Assembly: GCA_965248445.1 (NCBI GenBank)
Contig: CBDFJG010000004.1
Location: forward strand, 672,001 to 736,000
Origin: Planctomycetota bacterium
Lineage (GTDB): Bacteria; Planctomycetota; JAJSAM01; JAJVHW01
Direction of reading: 5' to 3'
DNA length: 64,000 bases
Position numbers and translations under genes: made by a program. Under the pieces are notes generated by a model that saw nothing but the letters and a program-made list of their open reading frames with translations, searched no databases and was not told the origin of the DNA. Numbering within the stretch: position 1 is the first letter of the stretch; the number at the start of each line of letters is the position of its first letter. Shown here piece after piece: positions 58,441 to 64,000 of the stretch.

Positions 58441-61002
58441 TCACCGTCGTTGGAGGACGTCCAGGATGCGGAAGTGCAGCTCCATCGCCTCGACCGCCCA
58501 CTCGCGGTCGGCACCGTCGGTGGCCGCCTGCAGGTATGCCTGCGCGGCCTCCTCGAGGTCTCCGACGTTTCCGCGCTGCACCAGCGCCTTCCCGAGTTCG
58601 AAGCGCGCTTCGGCGAACTCCGGTTCCTCCTGCAACACCGCCCGCAGCTCGGCCACGGCGTCATCGATCCGGTCCGGGTCCGTGGCAAGCAGGTGCACTG
58701 CACGGGCAAAACGCAGCGGTACGTTCAATCCGCCCTGCTGGCGCTCGATGCTCGCGAACATCGACTCCGCCTCGGCCCGGCGCCCGCTGCGGGCCGTGAC
58801 GATCGCGAGCGCGAGGAACGCGTTCGCGACGTCCTCCGGGTCCTCCTTCTGCGCTCGATCCAGACGTGCCTCGGCGTCCGACATCTCCTTCGCGAGCCGC
58901 TCGTCCAGCCACTTCAGGTGCTCCGCCGCGCGGCTCGTTGGCGACGAGACGCCGACGGCCTGCGTGTACGACGTGCGCGCCAGCGCCGGCCGATCCAGCG
59001 TCACCAGCGCGTCGCCGTACGCCAGGTACAGGTCGTACGCGACCTGCCGCAGATCGGTCTCCCGATCCCCGCGCTCGAACAGATTGTCCAGGAGGTCGCG
59101 CGCTCTCCGGTACTGCGAGAGGTCCCCGGTGGCCGCCGCATCGAGGGAGAGCGCGTCGGCGAGCACGAGCATCAGCTCGCGCGACGGAGGTTCGCCACGC
59201 TTCTCGGCAGCGGCGACCTCGCCCTCGAGCGCGATCTCCAGCACCGCCACCGCCTCGGCCGTGAGAGCGAGGCGGACCAGCGCGCGTCCGTGCTCGACCG
59301 CCAACGATGTGTCGTCCGGGGTGAGCGACCGCGCCCTTGCGAGCGCGGCCGCGCCGGGTGTGAGTGCGCCCATCGCGAGCTGACAGCGCGCGAGCCCCGC
59401 CCAACCCCCGGCCCAGCGACCCGGGAGGAGCGCCCCGGCGAGGGCCGCCCGCTCGGCGCGCCACGCCCACGGTGCTGCGTCCACGTCCTCCACGTCGCCG
59501 CGCAACGACGTGGCGAGCGCCGCGTACCGTGCCAGCACGGTCCCGACGGTCACCGAAGCAGCGCGATCCCGGGACAGCGCGGCGCCGGCCTCGGTCAGCG
59601 CGCCTTCGCGCGTCACCAGTTCCTGCGCCAGCGCGTTGGCGTCGTCGTACGCGGCCTCGACCGCCGCCCGCGCACCGTGACGGTCCGCCGACAACAGCTG
59701 CTCTCCGATCTGCCACGCGCGCGGCACCGCGGCTCCGGGATCGACGCGCAGAGCGGTGCTCATGAACGGCGCGCGCACGCGATAGACCGGCGCTTGCCGA
59801 ACGGTTGCGGCCACCGTCGAGGCCACGAGCAGCGCAGCGCAGACCGAAGCGGGACGGCGGACCGCGCCTCCGCGCCGCACCGCGCCCTCGACCGCCAGCG
59901 CGACTCCGCACGCGATCGGCGGCCACGCGACGACCGCATACCACGCTGCGTGCGGGGTGCCGCCGGACCACGCGAGCGCGCAGAGGGGAGCGAGCGCCGC
60001 CACGCCGGCGAGCCCAAGCCGCGCGGCGGCCGACGAGCGTCGCCGCCACAGTCCGACGGCCAGTCCGACCAGCAGAAGCGCCGCGGCGACGCGAGCGACG
60101 GTGGTCGCCGTCCACGGCCCGGCCGCCAGATGGACGTGCGCGGGCAGCAGCGGCGCGACCAGCGTCGCTACCACCCCGGCCAGGGCGTCGAGCAGGTCTG
60201 GGCGGGGGCTGAGCGGCGGATCGCGCGCGCCGGCGAGCGTGGCGATCATCTCCGCCCGCGCGATCAGCGCGACCGCCGCGGGGCCGACCACGACGCAGCA
60301 CCGTGTCACCACCGTTCGGACCCGCGCTCCGGAGGTGGCGACGAGCGCCAACGCGGCGAGTGCCGCGCCGTACCCCAGCTCATGCGTGAGACCGGCCGCG
60401 GCGGCGAGAAGTCCCGCCGCGAACGCGCTGCCGAGTCCACCGGAAGCGGCTTCCGCGCGCGGTGTGCCGACATCCCGCACTGCCGCGTGCAGTGCCAGAA
60501 TCGCCGGCAGCCCGGCCGCGATCACCGACAGTCGTGCCGGCCATCCCACCGCCGCCCCGAGATGCGGCGATGCGGCGACGAGCAACCCGGCCACGAGGGC
60601 GGCCGCGGGCGGGCCGCGGGACCGCAGCACCAGCAGGAACGTGAGCCAGGCCACGAGCGCGAGAAGGAACAGTGACACGCCGCCGGCGAGCCGGTGCGCG
60701 TTCTGCCCCCCTGCGAGCCGCACCACGGAATGCAGCGACGTCCCGAGCGGCCGGTACGTCGTCTCCGCCACGATCTCGCCGGCCGGCTCCCACGCCGCCG
60801 CCGGGTCGGAGACGGCGCGAGAGAGCACTCCACCGACCGACTCGCCGACGCCTGCCGTGAGCGCCGTGTTGCGGATGAGCGCGGGGCCGTCCTCCGGCAG
60901 CACCTGCTTCGCGTGCGGCGCGCGCACGGAGAGATGGCCCGGCAGGTGCAGCAGCACCGCACCGAGAACGACGAGCACGGCGTACAGGCGGGTGCGACTC
61001 AT
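58441..61002 (-). CDS. Polytopic membrane protein with C-terminal TPRs (TMTC/GT-C-like, degenerate)
   Basis: LPEDGPALIRN and YRPL loop motifs, multiple TMs, TPR tail. Confidence 0.65.
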   Translation of the reverse strand: MSRTRLYAVLVVLGAVLLHLPGHLSVRAPHAKQVLPEDGPALIRNTALTAGVGESVGGVLSRAVSDPAAAWEPAGEIVAETTYRPLGTSLHSVVRLAGGQNAHRLAGGVSLFLLALVAWLTFLLVLRSRGPPAAALVAGLLVAASPHLGAAVGWPARLSVIAAGLPAILALHAAVRDVGTPRAEAASGGLGSAFAAGLLAAAAGLTHELGYGAALAALALVATSGARVRTVVTRCCVVVGPAAVALIARAEMIATLAGARDPPLSPRPDLLDALAGVVATLVAPLLPAHVHLAAGPWTATTVARVAAALLLVGLAVGLWRRRSSAAARLGLAGVAALAPLCALAWSGGTPHAAWYAVVAWPPIACGVALAVEGAVRRGGAVRRPASVCAALLVASTVAATVRQAPVYRVRAPFMSTALRVDPGAAVPRAWQIGEQLLSADRHGARAAVEAAYDDANALAQELVTREGALTEAGAALSRDRAASVTVGTVLARYAALATSLRGDVEDVDAAPWAWRAERAALAGALLPGRWAGGWAGLARCQLAMGALTPGAAALARARSLTPDDTSLAVEHGRALVRLALTAEAVAVLEIALEGEVAAAEKRGEPPSRELMLVLADALSLDAAATGDLSQYRRARDLLDNLFERGDRETDLRQVAYDLYLAYGDALVTLDRPALARTSYTQAVGVSSPTSRAAEHLKWLDERLAKEMSDAEARLDRAQKEDPEDVANAFLALAIVTARSGRRAEAESMFASIERQQGGLNVPLRFARAVHLLATDPDRIDDAVAELRAVLQEEPEFAEARFELGKALVQRGNVGDLEEAAQAYLQAATDGADREWAVEAMELHFRILDVLQRR

Positions 61003-61077
61003 GCGGACCCGGGCGCAGTGAGCCGGGCCGGCGGAGTATAGCCATGCCGCGCGCTCCACCCCGAGTACGCTCGATGC

Positions 61078-62280
61078 ATGCTCCCGCGTTGCGCGCTGCG
61101 CCGACTCGCGTGTCTGCTGCTCGTCGGTGCGCTCTTCGCGCTGCCCGCGCGCGCTCAGGACGGCGTCGCCGCCGGGAGCGAGGGCGATGCGCCGTCTTCT
61201 GCACGCGTGCGCGGCGTCGCAACCTGGCGGCGCTACATCTGGACGATCCAACGCCCGCTGCTCCAGGCGGTGATCGAGGATCTCGAGACGTCACGCAGGG
61301 AGAACGCCGGAACCGACACGACGCGGGACTTCCTGCTGGCATACGCGTACCTCGCCGGTGGGTTCCGCGAAGAGGGCGTCCCCGCGACCGAGCGGGTGCG
61401 TGCGGCAGCGCCGTCGTTCGCCGGGCTCGAACTGCTCGCGGGGATGGTCGCCATCCTCGACCGCGAGCACGCAGAGGCGGAAGCGCACTTCACCAAGTAC
61501 CTCGACGATCTCCGCAAGGCCGAGAGCGATCCGAACTTCGCGACCGACCTGGAGATGCTGGGGCTCCTCCATCGCGGCGCCCACGCCGCGTCGATCGGCA
61601 ACAACGAGCTGGCGCTCGCGGACTACGACGCGGCCATGGCCATGGCGCGCCGCGCCGGGCGCCGCCCCGCCACGCAACTGGTCCAGCGCCTAGCCCGGGT
61701 CCACCAGGGCGAGAATCAGTTGCACCTCGCCGAGCGGTTGATGACCGACCTGATGAAGGAGGATCCCGGCAATCCGAATCACTACTTCAACATGGGTGTG
61801 CTGCGGGCGACTCAGAACGACTCCGACGGTGCCCGGGTCTGGTTTCTGCGGGCGCTGCGCCGCCGCCCGGACTTCGCCGACGCGCACGCCAAGCTCGCCG
61901 CCGTCGCAGCGAAGCAGTTCCGGCTCGTGGAGATGCGCCAGCACCTGGACGCCTTCGCGGCGCTCATCCAGGAGTCGGACGTCGACAGGGAGGCCGAGTT
62001 GCTCGCCGGGTACGCGCTCTACTTCTATCGCATGTCGCGGCAGTTCGACGCCGAGGGCCGTGGCGGGGACCGCGACGAGGCGCTGCGCCGCTTCCAGATC
62101 GTCTGCGAGCGGGCACTCTCGAAGCGTCCCACCTGCTTCCGGGCCCTCGACCTGCTGATCCGGGCCGGCAGCGCGCTGGGCCTCACGAGGGCTCGCATGC
62201 GGGAGTTGAGAGAACGCAAGCGCGCCCTCGAGACGGAGAACAAGGACGCCGAGAGCGCCTTCCGCCGCACCCTCTGCTGA
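61078..62280 (+). CDS. Secreted TPR protein
   Basis: Signal peptide (ARA-Q); TPR-like segments DPGNPNHYFNMG and RPDFADAHAKLA. Confidence 0.75.
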   Translation: MLPRCALRRLACLLLVGALFALPARAQDGVAAGSEGDAPSSARVRGVATWRRYIWTIQRPLLQAVIEDLETSRRENAGTDTTRDFLLAYAYLAGGFREEGVPATERVRAAAPSFAGLELLAGMVAILDREHAEAEAHFTKYLDDLRKAESDPNFATDLEMLGLLHRGAHAASIGNNELALADYDAAMAMARRAGRRPATQLVQRLARVHQGENQLHLAERLMTDLMKEDPGNPNHYFNMGVLRATQNDSDGARVWFLRALRRRPDFADAHAKLAAVAAKQFRLVEMRQHLDAFAALIQESDVDREAELLAGYALYFYRMSRQFDAEGRGGDRDEALRRFQIVCERALSKRPTCFRALDLLIRAGSALGLTRARMRELRERKRALETENKDAESAFRRTLC

Positions 62281-62400
62281 GAGCCCCCCGAGCGCCCCCC
62301 TCCGCGCAGCCTGTGCGAAACCGCTCGTCCCGTCGCGGCGATCTGACGGTCCGGACCCGTTCCGGAGCCTGGCGCGGCCTGCCCGGAAGACCCCCGCAGG

Positions 62401-62416
62401 TGGCACAGGGGTTGCA
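62401..62416 (+). promoter_or_regulatory. Sigma-54 (-24/-12) promoter
   Basis: TGGCAC-AGGGG-TTGCA matches the consensus with exact spacing, about 160 bp upstream of ATG62579. Confidence 0.7.
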
Positions 62417-62578
62417 CCTCGCCCGCCGGATGTCCGTGCGTGGCTCACGTACCGGATCGGGTTCTTGCTTGCCGTGGCCTCCGCCTCAAACGAGACTGGG
62501 GCCGGGCATGGTACGTCCCGATTTCGGTTCGCGTAGCCGCGACGGTGGAACGTCCATCCTGCGAGTGAGGAGCGTGAT

Positions 62579-64000
62579 ATGCGGAACCAGACTTTCAGCA
62601 CCCGCCACCTGAACTGGCGCCGGACGGTCCTTGCCGTCACGGCGGCCACCGTCAGCGCCGGCCTGATCGGGGCCCTGTGGGTACCCGACGAGGCGCAAGC
62701 GCGACGTCGCAAGGGCGGTCAGATGCGCATCGTCGACATCGACGTCGGATCGTTCGCAGGCGTGCCGCTGAACACCGTCATCCAGTTCAAGTTCTCGCAG
62801 AAGCCCTCGCGTTCGTCGGTGCACCACGCCACGTTCCGTATCCGCGAGGAGAACGCCACCCAGACCGGGTTCACCAAGCAGGTTCCCGGCGCGTTCCAGA
62901 TCCAGGGCCGCTCTGTGAACTTCTTCCCGCGCTTGTCCACGCATCTGCGCGACCCGGACAGCGCCACGAACGAGTTCTTCCCCGAGGGCTCCACGCGCGA
63001 CGACGCCGACGAGAACGCCGGCCTGCACCCCGAGGCCAACTACGAGATCACCGTCGTCGGGCACCCGAACACGCTCCCCGTGCGCTCGAACCGCGGTCGC
63101 AAGCTACGACGCTCCGAAACCGTGCAGTTCACGACGGCGCCCGCCACTCCGCGGCAGTTCGCGTACACGCTCGACACGTACCAGGACGCCCCCCCGCCCG
63201 GTTTCGTTCTCTCGAATCCGCCGGACAAGGTGGCGACCCCGCTCGACCAGTACGCCAAGCACGGTGGAACGGTCGAGGTGCAGAACGACCTCGACATCAC
63301 TCTGTTCGGTAACCGCGTACCGCTTAACCCGACCTCGGCGCGGCAGGGCTCGAACATCACGCTGACGCTGACCGAGCGCCAGGGGGATCAGTCGCAGCGC
63401 AAGCCGATCCCCGGCACACCGCACATCGAACAGAACTTCGACACCGCCAAGATCGTGTTCTCGCCGCGTTTCGCGCTGCCCGACCTGGGCGCGTACGCGT
63501 TCCGCGTCACCAAGGACGTGAAGGACATCCAGGGCACGTTCGACTACAGGAACAACCCCGAGCGTCTGCGCCTGCGCGGGATCTGGGAGTTCCTCGACAC
63601 GGCGCGCACGCTGTCGCCGACCACGCCACCTGAGCAGCTCGAGAACCCGCCGATCGACCTCATCTTCGACTGGCCGGTGAACGCAGCTGAGCGCGGCATT
63701 CTGAAGACGAACGCGCTGATCCTCGGCGACACGTACCCCGACGAGATCGACCCGCGCGTGATGGTGCTGTTCAGCACGCGCGACGAGCCCGTCTCCGATG
63801 CAGAGGTCGTCTTCGAGTTCGTGGAGTCGGACGGCAACAACGATGTGGCGCGGTCCACGGGCAGCTACGACGAACTCGTCAGCGGCTCGGCGGCCGCGAT
63901 CATGACGGTCGCCGGCGGCAGCGGCGCTGACGGCGGCTACGAGCCGGTGGCGGACGAGGTGATCAACGTCGACCAGTTCACGAACAACACGATCAACTGG
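62579..64000 (+). CDS. Large secreted protein with Ig-like domain(s); runs off the window end
   Basis: GAGGAG RBS; MRNQTFSTRHLNWRRTVLAV...AQA signal; VPLNTVIQFKFS..P...SV Ig-like motif. Absent from the ORF track, apparently because no stop occurs before 64000. Confidence 0.8.
   Translation, partial: MRNQTFSTRHLNWRRTVLAVTAATVSAGLIGALWVPDEAQARRRKGGQMRIVDIDVGSFAGVPLNTVIQFKFSQKPSRSSVHHATFRIREENATQTGFTKQVPGAFQIQGRSVNFFPRLSTHLRDPDSATNEFFPEGSTRDDADENAGLHPEANYEITVVGHPNTLPVRSNRGRKLRRSETVQFTTAPATPRQFAYTLDTYQDAPPPGFVLSNPPDKVATPLDQYAKHGGTVEVQNDLDITLFGNRVPLNPTSARQGSNITLTLTERQGDQSQRKPIPGTPHIEQNFDTAKIVFSPRFALPDLGAYAFRVTKDVKDIQGTFDYRNNPERLRLRGIWEFLDTARTLSPTTPPEQLENPPIDLIFDWPVNAAERGILKTNALILGDTYPDEIDPRVMVLFSTRDEPVSDAEVVFEFVESDGNNDVARSTGSYDELVSGSAAAIMTVAGGSGADGGYEPVADEVINVDQFTNNTINW

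Overview
High-GC (roughly 70%) bacterial chromosome segment. Its gene content suggests a Planctomycetota-like organism (inference: HEAT/TPR/thioredoxin-like secreted proteins, an excisionase-HTH membrane protein near pilC, a Coa1-like gene). Most of it is housekeeping: pckA, tricorn protease, mscL, dinB, peroxiredoxin, aroC, prkA-yeaH-spoVR, smc, nrdR, yidC, cytochrome oxidase subunits III/IV, radC, pilC, aroB, folC and rnd. Two near-identical 1,500-bp IS66-family elements lie in inverted orientation, each truncating a gene (a PQQ-like propeller gene and dprA). The main finding is an unannotated gene at 8511-9350. It has a strong RBS and a signal peptide, then an in-frame UGA followed directly by a Cys codon and a SECIS-like hairpin. 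This makes it a candidate secreted selenoprotein with an N-terminal Gly-Sec-Cys motif on a Gly-rich linker to a thioredoxin-like domain. Also notable: an nrdR-'nrdD'-'nrdG'-smc cluster whose NrdD homolog lacks the glycyl-radical domain, a 6S-RNA-like structured RNA, a GTAG-type REP family, two frameshifted genes, several apparent pseudo-enzymes, an NrdR box and a consensus sigma-54 promoter. All calls come from reading the sequence; no searches were run.
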